Shown: piece by piece, positions 27,302 through 37,398 of the stretch
How positions within the stretch are numbered: the stretch's first letter is position 1
Layout of the letters: every line of letters begins with the position of its first letter
Origin: Candidatus Bathyanammoxibius amoris
Lineage (GTDB): Bacteria; Planctomycetota; Brocadiia; Brocadiales; Bathyanammoxibiaceae
Direction: 5' to 3'
Assembly: GCA_024451685.1 (NCBI GenBank)
Contig: JAMXCW010000002.1
Coordinates: 109,541 to 173,540, forward strand
Length of the DNA: 64,000 nt
Program-made: the position numbers and the translations under genes
The notes under the pieces: generated by a model
What the model saw: only the letters and a program-made list of their open reading frames with translations
Database searches by the model: none
What the model was told of the DNA's origin: nothing

Positions 27302-29776
27302 TTATTTCCCCGACTCACCGCTCAGGGCGGGTTCAGGAGGATGCACCTCCTCAAAGGACAGCTCACCGTCCTCAACCGTGACTGCTATTGTGGCGCCGTT
27401 AACGAACTTACCCTGAAGGAGTTCCTCCGCCATGGGGTCCTCTACCTGGTTTTCAATGGCGCGCCGCAATGGTCTGGCACCAAAGTGGGGGTCGTAACCT
27501 TTATCAATAATGTAATCAAGGGCCTTATCGTCCAGAGAGATTGTAATGTTGTAATTGCTCAGTCTCTTTTTAAGCTCATCGAGTTCTATCTGGATAATCT
27601 CCATGAGGTCTTTCTTGGTGAGCGCCTTAAACACTATTACACCGTCAATGCGGTTCAGGAACTCAGGCCTGAACTGTTTCTCCACCACCTTCATTAACTG
27701 TTCCTTCATGGCCGCGTATGACTGCTCCCCCGCGGTTTTCTTGAAGCCCACGGTGACCTGGTTCTTTATAACCTCCGCACCGACGTTTGAGGTCATGATA
27801 AGCACCACGTTACGGAAGTCCACCTTTCTGCCAAAGCTGTCGGTAAGCCTCCCCTCCTCCATTATCTGGAGCAGCATGTTGAAGACGTCCGAATGAGCCT
27901 TCTCTATCTCATCGAGGAGTACCACCGCATACGGCCTGCGGCGAATTCTCTCTGTAAGCTGACCACCCTCCTCGTAGCCTACATAGCCTGGAGGGGCACC
28001 GATAAGTCTGGAGACGTTGTGCTTTTCCATGTATTCCGACATGTCTATCTGAACCAGCGCCCCTTCCTCACCGAACATAAACTTGGCAAGGCTCTTTGCG
28101 AGATGAGTCTTACCAACGCCTGATGGGCCAACGAAGATAAACGTGGCTACCGGACGCCCAGGGTCCTTCAGCCCGGCCCTTGAGCGGCGGATGGCCTTGG
28201 CGATGGCCTTTACGGCCTCATCCTGACTCACCACCATCTTGTGGAGCTCTTCCTCCAGATGGAGCAGTTTCTTTGCCTCCTCGGTCTCCATTCTTGTGAG
28301 CGGTATTCCCGTCATCTTTGAAACCACCTCCGTCACGACATCATCATCGACGATGGCGGCCACCTCTGCGCACCTTTCTTTCCAGTTGCGCTCAATGGAT
28401 TCCTTTTTTTTCTTGAGCTTGTCGGCCTTGTCCCTGAGGCGCGCAGCCCTCTCAAAATCCTGTACGGCTACAGACTCGTCTTTGTCTTTATCGAGTTTTC
28501 CCATCTCCAGCTCAATATGCTTCAGGTCCGGCGGCTGTGCCATGTTTTTCAGCCTGACCCTTGCGCTGGCCTCGTCGATAACGTCAATGGCCTTATCGGG
28601 CAGGAACCTTCCGGTAATATAGCGGCTGGAGAGTTCTGTGGCCGCTATTATGGCATTTTCAGTAATCTTGACTTTATGATGAGCCTCGTAGCGTGTCTTC
28701 AGTCCTTTAAGAATCTCCACGGTATCCGATTTATTCGGCGGGTCCACAATTATGGTCTGGAAACGTCTCTCCAGCGCACCGTCCTTTTCTATGTACTTGC
28801 GGTACTCATCCAGTGTGGTTGCGCCTATACACTGGATTTCACCCCTGGAGAGTGCCGGCTTAAGGACGTTAGAGGCGTCTATCGCACCCTCGGCCCCGCC
28901 TGCGCCAACGAGCGTATGAAGCTCATCGATAAAGAGGATGACGTTCTTTGCACGACGCACCTCGGACATGACCGCCTTTATCCTCTCCTCAAACTGCCCT
29001 CTATATTTCGTTCCTGCCACTATCATGGCAAGGTCGAGGGCCACGATGCGGCGGCCGCCGAGTATCTCGGGCACACTGCAATTCACTATGGACTGTGCCA
29101 GACCCTCTACAATCGCCGTTTTGCCGACACCCGCCTCCCCAAGGAGCACGGGGTTATTCTTCGTGCGGCGGCACAACACCTGTATGACCCTTTCAATAAC
29201 CTCCTGACGGCCGATAACCGGGTCAAGCTCTGAATCCCTGGCCTGCTGAGTAAGGTCGCGCCCAAAGGAGTCCAGCGCAGGGGTTTTAGATTTACCCCTC
29301 CTTTCTTCCTTCTCCGGGCCTTCGCCGGGATGCGCCGATTCGGCGCCTAAAAGATTTATGACCTCTTCCCTGACGTCTTCAAGCTTAACGCCTAAGTTCA
29401 GAAGCACCTGGGCAGCCACACCCTCGTGCTCCCTCAGAAGGCCGAGAAGCAGGTGTTCGGTGCCAATGTAGTTGTGGCCCAAATTCTTCGCCTCTTCCAT
29501 CGAGAACTCCAGCACCTTCTTCACCTTTGGCGTAAACGGAAGCTGCCCCACCGACACCAGGTCGGGACCCGTTTGAACTATCTTCTCAACCTCTATACGT
29601 ATCTTCTTAAGCTCAATATCCAGGTTCTGGAGCACGTTGGCTGCGACACCACTGCCTTCCTTTACAAGGCCCAGGAGTATATGCTCCGTCCCTATATATT
29701 CGTGGTTGTACCGTCTGGCCTCTTCTCTGGCCAGCGCCATCACCTTTCTTGCCCTGTCTGTAAACTTGTCAAACAT
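27302..29776 (-). CDS. clpC: ATP-dependent Clp protease ATP-binding subunit ClpC
   Basis: The 824-aa ORF has a duplicated Clp-N repeat and two AAA+ modules (GEAGVGKTA; GPSGVGKT). A UVR-like linker (FERAARLRD) lies between them, as in ClpC. Confidence 0.95.
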   Translation of the reverse strand: MFDKFTDRARKVMALAREEARRYNHEYIGTEHILLGLVKEGSGVAANVLQNLDIELKKIRIEVEKIVQTGPDLVSVGQLPFTPKVKKVLEFSMEEAKNLGHNYIGTEHLLLGLLREHEGVAAQVLLNLGVKLEDVREEVINLLGAESAHPGEGPEKEERRGKSKTPALDSFGRDLTQQARDSELDPVIGRQEVIERVIQVLCRRTKNNPVLLGEAGVGKTAIVEGLAQSIVNCSVPEILGGRRIVALDLAMIVAGTKYRGQFEERIKAVMSEVRRAKNVILFIDELHTLVGAGGAEGAIDASNVLKPALSRGEIQCIGATTLDEYRKYIEKDGALERRFQTIIVDPPNKSDTVEILKGLKTRYEAHHKVKITENAIIAATELSSRYITGRFLPDKAIDVIDEASARVRLKNMAQPPDLKHIELEMGKLDKDKDESVAVQDFERAARLRDKADKLKKKKESIERNWKERCAEVAAIVDDDVVTEVVSKMTGIPLTRMETEEAKKLLHLEEELHKMVVSQDEAVKAIAKAIRRSRAGLKDPGRPVATFIFVGPSGVGKTHLAKSLAKFMFGEEGALVQIDMSEYMEKHNVSRLIGAPPGYVGYEEGGQLTERIRRRPYAVVLLDEIEKAHSDVFNMLLQIMEEGRLTDSFGRKVDFRNVVLIMTSNVGAEVIKNQVTVGFKKTAGEQSYAAMKEQLMKVVEKQFRPEFLNRIDGVIVFKALTKKDLMEIIQIELDELKKRLSNYNITISLDDKALDYIIDKGYDPHFGARPLRRAIENQVEDPMAEELLQGKFVNGATIAVTVEDGELSFEEVHPPEPALSGESGK

Positions 29777-29790
29777 GAACTTCCTTCCTT

Positions 29791-30846
29791 CTAATTAGTA
29801 TTACTCAAACGCTTTCTTACAAAGGTAGCCCGTAATTCATTCCTTTGGGTCGCTTCCAGCTCTTTACCTTCCAGTTTCTGTAAATGTGCCGGAAGGGTAA
29901 GTATAAAAAGCTCATTGAGTGTTTCAAGGGATAAGTCTTTAAATAATCCGAGGTTTACGCCCAGCCGCACCTGCGATATAAGATGCATCGTCTCTTCAGA
30001 GGACAGCATCCTTGCCATCTTAAGCATGCCGTACGAGCGCCAGACCCTGTCTTCCAACTGTTTCCTGTTATCTGTCACCAGGGCCTCCCTTGCCATACGT
30101 TCATAACTGGTAATATTCGGGACTACGCTCTCTACTATTTCAATGATTTCCGCCTCCGACTTACCCAGGGTAAACTGGTTTGAAATCTGGTAAAGGTCAC
30201 CGAGTACCTGGGTTCCTTCTCCATACAGCCCTCTCACTATCAGACCCAGCTTACCGACGGCGCTAAAAACCTTTTCAACGTGATGAGTAAGGCCGAGGGC
30301 GGGCAGATGTAACATAACGGAGGCCCTCATGCCCGTGCCTACGTTCGTGGGACAGGCGGTCAGGTAGCCAAAAGTGGGGCTGAAGGCATATTTCAATTCC
30401 TTCTCCAGGATGTTGTCTATTTCGTCTATTACCTTCCAGGTCCCTCTGAGCTCAAAGCCAGACCGTATTACCTGTATTCTCAGGTGGTCCTCCTCGTTGA
30501 CCATAACGCTGACGGTCTCCGACTTGCCGAAGGCGACTCCCCGCTCACCATCCCCACCCGCGTGCTCCCTGCTTATCAGCCGCCGTTCCACCAAGAAGAG
30601 CCTGTCAACGGCGCTTATATCAGAAAGTCTTATATAATGGAGGTCTTTCGTGTCATTGGCGCGTTTAATCTTTTGCCTTATAAGCCCCTCTATTTCCCTT
30701 TTTTGCTCGGTGTTGGCCCTGCTGAGGAAGGGGAAGTTAGCCAGGTTTCTTGCCAACCTGATCCTCGTGCTTATTACAGTGTCGGCCTCGGGGCCCGTAC
30801 CCCTAAGCCAGTCACCTGTTTTATTATAAAGTTCTCTTAGCATCAT
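29791..30846 (-). CDS. mcsB: Protein arginine kinase McsB (ATP:guanido phosphotransferase family)
   Basis: The motifs EEDHLRIQ and CPTNVGTGMRASVMLHLPAL are present. The start is placed at ATGATG 30846/30843 behind a GGGAG RBS, overlapping the mcsA stop. Confidence 0.9.
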   Translation of the reverse strand: MMLRELYNKTGDWLRGTGPEADTVISTRIRLARNLANFPFLSRANTEQKREIEGLIRQKIKRANDTKDLHYIRLSDISAVDRLFLVERRLISREHAGGDGERGVAFGKSETVSVMVNEEDHLRIQVIRSGFELRGTWKVIDEIDNILEKELKYAFSPTFGYLTACPTNVGTGMRASVMLHLPALGLTHHVEKVFSAVGKLGLIVRGLYGEGTQVLGDLYQISNQFTLGKSEAEIIEIVESVVPNITSYERMAREALVTDNRKQLEDRVWRSYGMLKMARMLSSEETMHLISQVRLGVNLGLFKDLSLETLNELFILTLPAHLQKLEGKELEATQRNELRATFVRKRLSNTN

Positions 30847-31339
30847 CACTCCCAGAGAGTTCAAATATGCGGTCGCGTATCTTTGCGGCCTTCTCGTAGT
30901 CTTCCTTCTCGACCGCTTTGTCCAACTCCTTCCTGAGTTGAAGCACCTCGTTCTTGACCACCAGTTCTTTTCCTGCACGGCTGGGCACCTTGCCTATATG
31001 CTGTGACGAACCGTGCATCTTATCCAGCAGCGGCACGATACCCTTCTTAAAGGCCATGTAATCCATCGGACAGCCGAGCCTGCCGCTTGAACGAAACTCC
31101 AGATACGATATCCCGCACGCCGGACATACCGTCTTAGACATTTCACTAATCTCAGGCGCCACCTGGTTTATAAGGTTGGTGAGTATGTCCGTGGGAGAAG
31201 GCATCTTCACCAGTTGGTTATTCAGATTGTGGGCACACTCGTCACACAGATGCTGCTCCTTCTTCTCGCTGCCGGTAATCTCTGTAAGGTGTACCGTGGC
31301 GTGTCTTTTGTTGCAAGATTCACATTTCATCGGGGTCAA
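30824..31339 (-). CDS. mcsA: McsA-like zinc-finger / UVR-domain activator of McsB
   Basis: There are two CxxC...CxxC zinc fingers (CESCNKR...CDEC; CPACG...) and a C-terminal UVR motif (LRKELDKAVEKEDYEKAAKIRDRI). Confidence 0.8.
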   Translation of the reverse strand: MTPMKCESCNKRHATVHLTEITGSEKKEQHLCDECAHNLNNQLVKMPSPTDILTNLINQVAPEISEMSKTVCPACGISYLEFRSSGRLGCPMDYMAFKKGIVPLLDKMHGSSQHIGKVPSRAGKELVVKNEVLQLRKELDKAVEKEDYEKAAKIRDRIFELSGSDDAKRTL

Positions 31340-31393
31340 CCCTTTAACAATAAATGAAACTCCGATAAATTCCCGGAGATTATACTTATGTTG

Positions 31394-32683
31394 TTATCTC
31401 TTCTCCCACTTTAACAGGTCTACAACCTCTGCCAAGGTCATTTTTCCCTTTTTTATTTCCGCCCTGATTCTGTTTTCCTTTTCCAGCCAGTCCATCGCAT
31501 GGTTTACCATTACCTCGGCCTCTCTCGCGGCAACCACCATCAAACCGTCGTCATCACCGACAATCCAATCGCCCGCGCAGACGGTAATTCCCGATATGTT
31601 CACGGGAACCCCTATCTCACCAAACCCCTTTGGCTCGCCGGCGTTTGGCATTACCATCCTGGCAAAGACCGGAAATCCTGATTCGCGTATCTCAGAGGTA
31701 TCTCTGACCGCGCCGTTTATGACGACTCCCGCAAGACCCTTCTGAAGGGCGCTCAGCGTTGCGAGTTCGCCCCAGATGGCAGGGCCGACCCCGCCAGCGT
31801 CCACAACCAGAACCTGTCCCTTCTCAGCAACGTCTATGGCCTCGACTGGTTTCGCCCAGTCACCGGGATAACACCTCACCGTCAGGGCTGTTCCAACCAT
31901 TTTTACCCCTTTGGTGATTGCCTCAAACCCGGTCATGCCGGCGGCGCGATGGCTCCCATCTGATATATTAGACGTGGAAACCTTGAGCAACGCATCCTTT
32001 ACACCGTTCCCGGAGACCCTCTTGTAAAGCCTCGTGGGGATACTCTTGACCTTAAGGATGGCCTCTTTTATCTCCCGCGTGGCCTCTCTTGCATCGGCGG
32101 CCTTGCTTATGGCGCCGCCTACCACTACGATCTCGGCCCCGGCCTTTGCGGCGTCTGCCGCATTCTCTGAATTTATTCCACCTGCTACGGCAACGGGTAT
32201 ACCTGTCTGGCCGGTTATTTCCTTCAGCTTGTCGAACGGCTGTATGCCCTTCATCTGGTCGTCTACAGCCACATGGACATTGAGGTAACTGGCACCCCAG
32301 CCCTCTACCTCTTTTGCGCGCCGCGAAGCTTCCTTAACTCCCAGCAGGTCCACACCTACGTCAAGACCGTAATTACGCCCGGCCGCTATACACTCCTTTA
32401 TCGTAGCGTCGGACGCGGCACCCATTACCACGGCATAACGTGCACCCGCCTTGGCCGCCATCTCCATCTCCGTACGGCCGGCGTCCATGGTCTTCATGTC
32501 GGCCACGATCGGGATATGAGGAAAGGTCTCATGCAGCTTCCTTACCACGTTGAGGCCTTCACTCTTTATCAGGGGCGTACCTGCCTCCAGCCTGTCCGCC
32601 CCGCCTCCCACAGACTCTTCCGCAACCTTGAAGGCCCTGTGCAGGTCTACAAAATCTAGCGCTACTTGCAGGATGGGCAACAT
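31394..32683 (-). CDS. Fusion protein: 3-hexulose-6-phosphate synthase-like (OMP-decarboxylase fold) N-domain plus RraA/aldolase-like C-domain
   Basis: The N-terminal half (LQVALDF...IVADMKTMDAG...VHVAVD...VAGGI) fits HPS/KGPDC. The C-terminal half (VLVVDAGG...AIWGELATLSALQKGLAGVVINGAVRD...GFPVFA) fits the RraA family. The ATG at 32683 is preferred over the TTG at 32695. Confidence 0.8.
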   Translation of the reverse strand: MLPILQVALDFVDLHRAFKVAEESVGGGADRLEAGTPLIKSEGLNVVRKLHETFPHIPIVADMKTMDAGRTEMEMAAKAGARYAVVMGAASDATIKECIAAGRNYGLDVGVDLLGVKEASRRAKEVEGWGASYLNVHVAVDDQMKGIQPFDKLKEITGQTGIPVAVAGGINSENAADAAKAGAEIVVVGGAISKAADAREATREIKEAILKVKSIPTRLYKRVSGNGVKDALLKVSTSNISDGSHRAAGMTGFEAITKGVKMVGTALTVRCYPGDWAKPVEAIDVAEKGQVLVVDAGGVGPAIWGELATLSALQKGLAGVVINGAVRDTSEIRESGFPVFARMVMPNAGEPKGFGEIGVPVNISGITVCAGDWIVGDDDGLMVVAAREAEVMVNHAMDWLEKENRIRAEIKKGKMTLAEVVDLLKWEKR

Positions 32684-32707
32684 CCCACACACCAACTTTT
32701 AAAAGAA

Positions 32708-33073
32708 CTATTCAAAGTAAGAGGCCCCGCACCGGTCTGACTCCCAGACTGATACCTTTCGCAAAGTGACCTCTTTTGGTAATTTCTTGGAGAACTCAGC
32801 GTAAAGAACCCTGGATATGTTTTCCGTGGTGGGATTATCCTTCCTGAAATATGCAAGCTCGTTAAGGTTTTTGTGGTCAAAGGCCTCAAGGATCTCCCTC
32901 GCTATACCCTTTATGTCCTTAAAATCTAAAACCATGCCCACGCCGTCCAGTCTCTCCGCACTCAGTACTATCTGAACCTTCCAGTTATGGCCATGTACGT
33001 TTTCACACTTACCGTGGTATTCTCTAAGCGAGTGCGCGGCAGCAAAATCCGTCTCTACCATCAGTTCGTACAT
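32708..33073 (-). CDS. queD: 6-carboxy-5,6,7,8-tetrahydropterin synthase
   Basis: The 121-aa ORF has FAAAHSL...CENVHGHNW, typical of QueD/PTPS. Confidence 0.9.
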   Translation of the reverse strand: MYELMVETDFAAAHSLREYHGKCENVHGHNWKVQIVLSAERLDGVGMVLDFKDIKGIAREILEAFDHKNLNELAYFRKDNPTTENISRVLYAEFSKKLPKEVTLRKVSVWESDRCGASYFE

Positions 33074-33246
33074 TTAGTTTCTTTGTTATAGGTGGGGCGC
33101 CAAAAGCTAGTCTTTGAGCAAACGGACCTACTATTTCTTTCGCTGCACGGGACACCATAAAGAACAACTACTTGTAGATGGCGCTAAAGGCCAATCCGGT
33201 TACAACGGATACTAGCATTGAGGGTGTTAAAAGTCAAGATTATTTG

Positions 33247-35004
33247 TTACTTGCCGGTTCTCTTAAATTGTTTGTCTAACTCCTCTAAGGAGAAAAACAG
33301 GGTGGTGGGACGGCCATGAGGACAGTGCGACAGCGGCTCGGTATCTTTCCGCCTTTCAAGCAGGGCAACGAGTTCCTGTGAACTAAGTTTCTGCCCGGAT
33401 TTAACGGCACCCCTGCAGGCCAGGACCTTTATTATCCGGTCAGTCATCTGCTCGCCTGTAAGCCTTTCCCTGGTATCTTCGAGGAGCCCTTTTATAAGTT
33501 CTTTTGAGTCAACGTCTTTAAGTATCTGAGGAACGGCGCGTACGATGACACTGTTGCGGCCAAACTCCTCCAGCTCGAGCCCAAGCCTTTCCAGTACGTC
33601 CTTTAATTCCAGGATACGGAAAAAATCCTCTGGGCTCAGTTCCAAAAGTTCAGGTATAAGCAACCTCTGGCTGGATAACGTCTTTTCCTGAATTGTGCCC
33701 TTTATATCGTGATAAAGCGCGGCCTCGTGTAAGGCGTGCTGGTCAATGATGTTAATACCTTTGGGGGTCTCTTCAACTATGTATGCGGAGTGAAGCTGCA
33801 CAAACCGCCCGTAACCCGTCTCCGCAGTCTCCCTGCCGGGCGTAACCGCAGGGGTTCTGGGTAGAAGCGACCCGGTTACGCCGCCTGAGCCGCATCTATC
33901 GAACATTTTTGGAGGAACCCTGACATCCTGAGACGCTCCGGTATTTGCATCTGCCCCGGATGGAGCGGCTGACGGCGGTACAAGTCCCGGCTGTAACTGG
34001 TTCAGGGCCTTTTTGACGGCCTGCAACACCTGGCCGTAAACCCTGGAACCGTCCCTGAACCGAACCTCCAGCTTAGTGGGATGAACGTTTACGTCTACAG
34101 ACGACGGGTCTATGTCAAGCGACAGAAAGATTATCGGAAACCTGCCCGGCGGCAACAGGGCCCGGTAGGCGTTGTTTATGGCATGGGTCAGGCCCGCATC
34201 CTTTATGGGCCTGCCGTTGAGGAATACAAATTGCATCCGGGTGTTCGTTCGGTACTGCGAGGGTGGCAGGGCATAACCCCTGACCTCAAGCCCGGGCTCC
34301 CTGGAACTTATGGGAACAATGTCCCTGGCCAGCTCCTCACCGTAATACGCCGCAATCCTCTCTTTCAGGCTAGAGGTGGAGGGGAGGTTGAATACCTCAC
34401 GACCGTTGTGCGAGAACACAAAATGCACCGCCGGATGAGAAAGCGTCAGTTTGGCAAGCATATCTGAGATATGCGACATTTCGGCCGGGGTGGATTTAAG
34501 AAATTTTCTCCGGGCGGGTATGTTAAAAAAGAGTTCCTTCACCTCTACCTGCGTACCATCCGGGGCACCCACGTATTTGTGTTTCCCGCGGTCGCCTCCC
34601 TTTACCTCGACCTCCGCCCCCTGTCCGGCGCCCCTGGCGCAAGAGACTACCCTGGCCATAGACACCGCGCCGATACTGGCAAGCGCCTCGCCCCTGAAGC
34701 CCATGGTATATATGGCCTCAAGGTCCTCAATGGCGGCAATCTTACTCGTGGCATGTTTCAGGAAGACCTTGGCCAGGTCATCCGCAGGGATGCCCACACC
34801 GTCGTCCGCCACGCGAATCAGGGTCTTACCCCCCTCGACCAGCTCTACGTCAATCCTGGTTGAACCGGCGTCTATCGAGTTCTCCACCAGTTCTTTCACT
34901 ACAGAAGAAGGCCGCTCGATAACCTCACCGGCGGAGATCTTTCTCGCAACGTCCGGGGAAAGGACCTGTATCCGGCCCAAAGAATCCTGTTGCTTTTGCA
35001 TCAA
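33247..35004 (-). CDS. mutL: DNA mismatch repair protein MutL
   Basis: The N-terminal GHKL ATPase motifs are IAAGEVIERP-like, VKELVENSIDAG and GFRGEALASI. The C-terminal dimerisation domain carries CPHGRP. Confidence 0.93.
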   Translation of the reverse strand: MMQKQQDSLGRIQVLSPDVARKISAGEVIERPSSVVKELVENSIDAGSTRIDVELVEGGKTLIRVADDGVGIPADDLAKVFLKHATSKIAAIEDLEAIYTMGFRGEALASIGAVSMARVVSCARGAGQGAEVEVKGGDRGKHKYVGAPDGTQVEVKELFFNIPARRKFLKSTPAEMSHISDMLAKLTLSHPAVHFVFSHNGREVFNLPSTSSLKERIAAYYGEELARDIVPISSREPGLEVRGYALPPSQYRTNTRMQFVFLNGRPIKDAGLTHAINNAYRALLPPGRFPIIFLSLDIDPSSVDVNVHPTKLEVRFRDGSRVYGQVLQAVKKALNQLQPGLVPPSAAPSGADANTGASQDVRVPPKMFDRCGSGGVTGSLLPRTPAVTPGRETAETGYGRFVQLHSAYIVEETPKGINIIDQHALHEAALYHDIKGTIQEKTLSSQRLLIPELLELSPEDFFRILELKDVLERLGLELEEFGRNSVIVRAVPQILKDVDSKELIKGLLEDTRERLTGEQMTDRIIKVLACRGAVKSGQKLSSQELVALLERRKDTEPLSHCPHGRPTTLFFSLEELDKQFKRTGK

Positions 35005-35501
35005 GAAAACCCTCTGCCACTAAGGCCGTTAACTATCTCGTCATATCCCTCCCCATGACTGGAGAGCTCAACCTTTCTCGTCGTCGGACCTTCTATAGAC
35101 ATGGAAATCTTCAGGTAACTATCGGGAAGACATTCCTCAACCCTGTCGGCCCACTCGACCACAGAGACCCCGTTCCCCCAGAAAATCTCGTCGCAACCTA
35201 GCTCATACATCTCCCTCGCCCCCTCCAGCCGGTAGGCATCAAAATGGTAGATCGGCACGCGGGCCTTATACTCGGCTATCAGTAAAAAGCTGGCGCTCCT
35301 CACCTCTCTCGCGTCACTGATACCAAGTCCCTCAGCCAGTCCCTTCACCAGTGTAGTCTTACCGGAACCCAAGCTGCCCATGAGCGCGACCACGCCGCCG
35401 GGTTCCAGAAGCCCGCCTATCCTGCGGCCGAGCGCCACTGTCTCCTCCTCGCTGGAGGTGGTGACAACACACGCTACCTGGGCGTCATCAGATGTGCTCA
35501 T
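35001..35501 (-). CDS. tsaE: tRNA t6A biosynthesis ATPase TsaE (YjeE)
   Basis: The motifs are GSLGSGKTTLVKGLAEGLG, SASFLLIAEY and HFDAYRL. There is a 4-nt overlap with mutL. Confidence 0.85.
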   Translation of the reverse strand: MSTSDDAQVACVVTTSSEEETVALGRRIGGLLEPGGVVALMGSLGSGKTTLVKGLAEGLGISDAREVRSASFLLIAEYKARVPIYHFDAYRLEGAREMYELGCDEIFWGNGVSVVEWADRVEECLPDSYLKISMSIEGPTTRKVELSSHGEGYDEIVNGLSGRGFS

Positions 35502-36456
35502 ATCCTTCAGGCCTTATTCTTCCGAGTTTCCCGCTGTTATCTTCTTTAAGAAAAAGCCCCCTCTCCCTGCGTATGTGGCCTATCCCGGTAACGGGGACCT
35601 TTAGCGGCAGGTTCTTGCCTGTAAGTCTCTCTGCATGCGATTTGCCAAGTGTGAACAAGAGTTCGTAGTCCTCCCCGTCCGTCAGTGCATGATACAGGGG
35701 GGTTTTACCGGTCCTGCGCGCGAGCCTGCGGGCGGCACGGGAAACGGGTATCTGTTTTTCGTATAAGACGGCCCCGACACCGCTATCTTCCAGTATATGA
35801 CCCAGGTCTAGGGAGAGACCGTCGCTTATGTCTATCATGGAATGCAGCCTGAAATTTTTATTCAAATAGACGGCCTCCTCCAGTCTGGGGTCGAAGCGCA
35901 TGTGTTTACCTAATATAGACCCTCCAAGTTCACCCGTGACCATTATGACGTCGCCCGGTCTCGCTCCGGAACGGAGGACGGGTCTAAGTCCGTCTGTCTC
36001 ACCAAGCACCGTAACGTTTATAAACAGAGGCCCCTTGCCGCTCACGGTGTCTCCACCGGCCACCGTCACTCCGTACTTCGCGGCCGCGCTATTCAACCCA
36101 CGGGTAAGCTGCCGGGCAAAACTCATGGGCGTAGAGCGCGGGAAGGCGATAGACACGAGGGCAAAGGTGGCCCTGCATCCCATGGCCGCCACGTCACTCA
36201 GGCTTGAGGCGATGGCCTTTCTGCCCAACTCCCTGGGGCTGGCGTCCTTGAGGTTGAAGTGGGTCCCTTCAAGGAGGGTGTCCGTGCTAAGCACACAGAG
36301 CCCCTTCGGCACCCTTACGACCGCCGCGTCGTCTCCGATGCCAGTCAGGACGTTCTTTGACACCCCCTGGACTTCCTTGAGATATTTGATATATTCGCTT
36401 TCACGCATGGGCTGACGGGTATGGGTAAAATCTTTTCCCACTGCCTGTACGTTCAA
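35488..36456 (-). CDS. thiL: Thiamine-monophosphate kinase
   Basis: The AIR-synthase-like fold motifs are GIGDDAAV, DTLLEGTHF, GGDT and DISDGL. Confidence 0.88.
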   Translation of the reverse strand: MNVQAVGKDFTHTRQPMRESEYIKYLKEVQGVSKNVLTGIGDDAAVVRVPKGLCVLSTDTLLEGTHFNLKDASPRELGRKAIASSLSDVAAMGCRATFALVSIAFPRSTPMSFARQLTRGLNSAAAKYGVTVAGGDTVSGKGPLFINVTVLGETDGLRPVLRSGARPGDVIMVTGELGGSILGKHMRFDPRLEEAVYLNKNFRLHSMIDISDGLSLDLGHILEDSGVGAVLYEKQIPVSRAARRLARRTGKTPLYHALTDGEDYELLFTLGKSHAERLTGKNLPLKVPVTGIGHIRRERGLFLKEDNSGKLGRIRPEGYEHI

Positions 36457-36554
36457 TTATAAGGAGAGGGGGCTGGATTTCTATTTGATTTTTAAAATCC
36501 TTTCTGTCAGTACGGGAACGGACATTATGGGGAATTGTCACTAAAACCCTGCCT

Positions 36555-37190
36555 ATGGAAAAGACCACACGCATCATCACCCTCCTTGAAAAGGAATATC
36601 CCGGGACCGGGCTGGCGCTGGAGTTTAAGTCACCGCTCGAACTACTTATAGCCCTTATACTTGCGGCGCAGTGCACCGACGAAAGGGTAAACCGGGTAAC
36701 CCGCGTTTTATTCAAGAAATACCGCCGCGCCGGGGATTACGCCATGGCAGACCTCGCGACACTTGAGGGAGAGATACGGTCCACGGGATTTTTTAGAAAC
36801 AAGGCGAAGAGTATAAAGGCGTGCACCGGAGATATCGCGAAAAAATTCGGGGGTAAAGTACCTGAAAATCCGGAAGACCTCCTAAAACTTCACTGCGTGG
36901 GCCGGAAGACGGCCAATATCGTCCTCGGCAATGCGTTTGGGATACCCGCCATCGGGGTGGACACCCATGTCGGGCGCCTGGCGCAGCGCATAGGGCTGGC
37001 CAGATCGAAAAACCCGGACAAGATAGAGGCCGAACTGACGGCCGCCATCCCGAAGAACAAGTGGATTAAATTCTGCCACCTGCTCCAAGACCACGGCAGA
37101 AAGGTCTGCGTCGCACGAAAACCCCTGTGTTATCAGTGCGTTATCGAGAAATACTGCAACTATTCTGATAAAACTGCGGAGCCGAAGTAG
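36555..37190 (+). CDS. nth: Endonuclease III
   Basis: There is an HhH-GPD motif (LHCVGRKTANIVL...GVDTHV) and a C-terminal 4Fe-4S cluster, CVARKPLCYQCVIEKYC. Confidence 0.93.
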   Translation: MEKTTRIITLLEKEYPGTGLALEFKSPLELLIALILAAQCTDERVNRVTRVLFKKYRRAGDYAMADLATLEGEIRSTGFFRNKAKSIKACTGDIAKKFGGKVPENPEDLLKLHCVGRKTANIVLGNAFGIPAIGVDTHVGRLAQRIGLARSKNPDKIEAELTAAIPKNKWIKFCHLLQDHGRKVCVARKPLCYQCVIEKYCNYSDKTAEPK

Positions 37191-37195
37191 TAAGA

Positions 37196-37244
37196 TAGCA
37201 GGGGCATGGCATGCCGTGTCCCTGCTATAAAATATTTTTCTTTT
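37196..37244 (+). terminator. Rho-independent terminator candidate after nth
   Basis: The stem tagcaggg...ccctgcta (37196-37227) is followed by taaaatatttttctttt. Confidence 0.5.
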
Positions 37245-37398
37245 ACAAGCTAATCATACTTGAGCACATCTAATCAATACGCCTCTCTACGGTAGCTCAC
37301 ACCCACAACGGTAAGCATATACTAATATCTTAGTAATTTTTGCCATAGATTTTTCTTTGGCTCTTTTCTCTACAAAGACCTTTGTCGCGTCTTCCCTA

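Noticed and set aside
28517-29233. A 238-aa plus-strand ORF and several others (27275-27697, 27555-27896, 28239-28622, 29426-29794) inside clpC.
   Set aside because: These are antisense shadows of an unmistakable 824-aa ClpC. They have no recognisable domains or RBS.
33074-33140. A possible preQ1 riboswitch upstream of queD. The minus-strand RNA contains ACUAGCU and a tail CCCACCUAUAACAAAGAAACUAA next to the AUG, reminiscent of the preQ1-I CCCUCUAUAAAAAACUAA tail.
   Set aside because: I could not find a 5' strand able to pair with CCCACC to form the P1 stem, so the aptamer fold is not supported by eye. An Infernal scan with the preQ1-I/II/III models would settle it.
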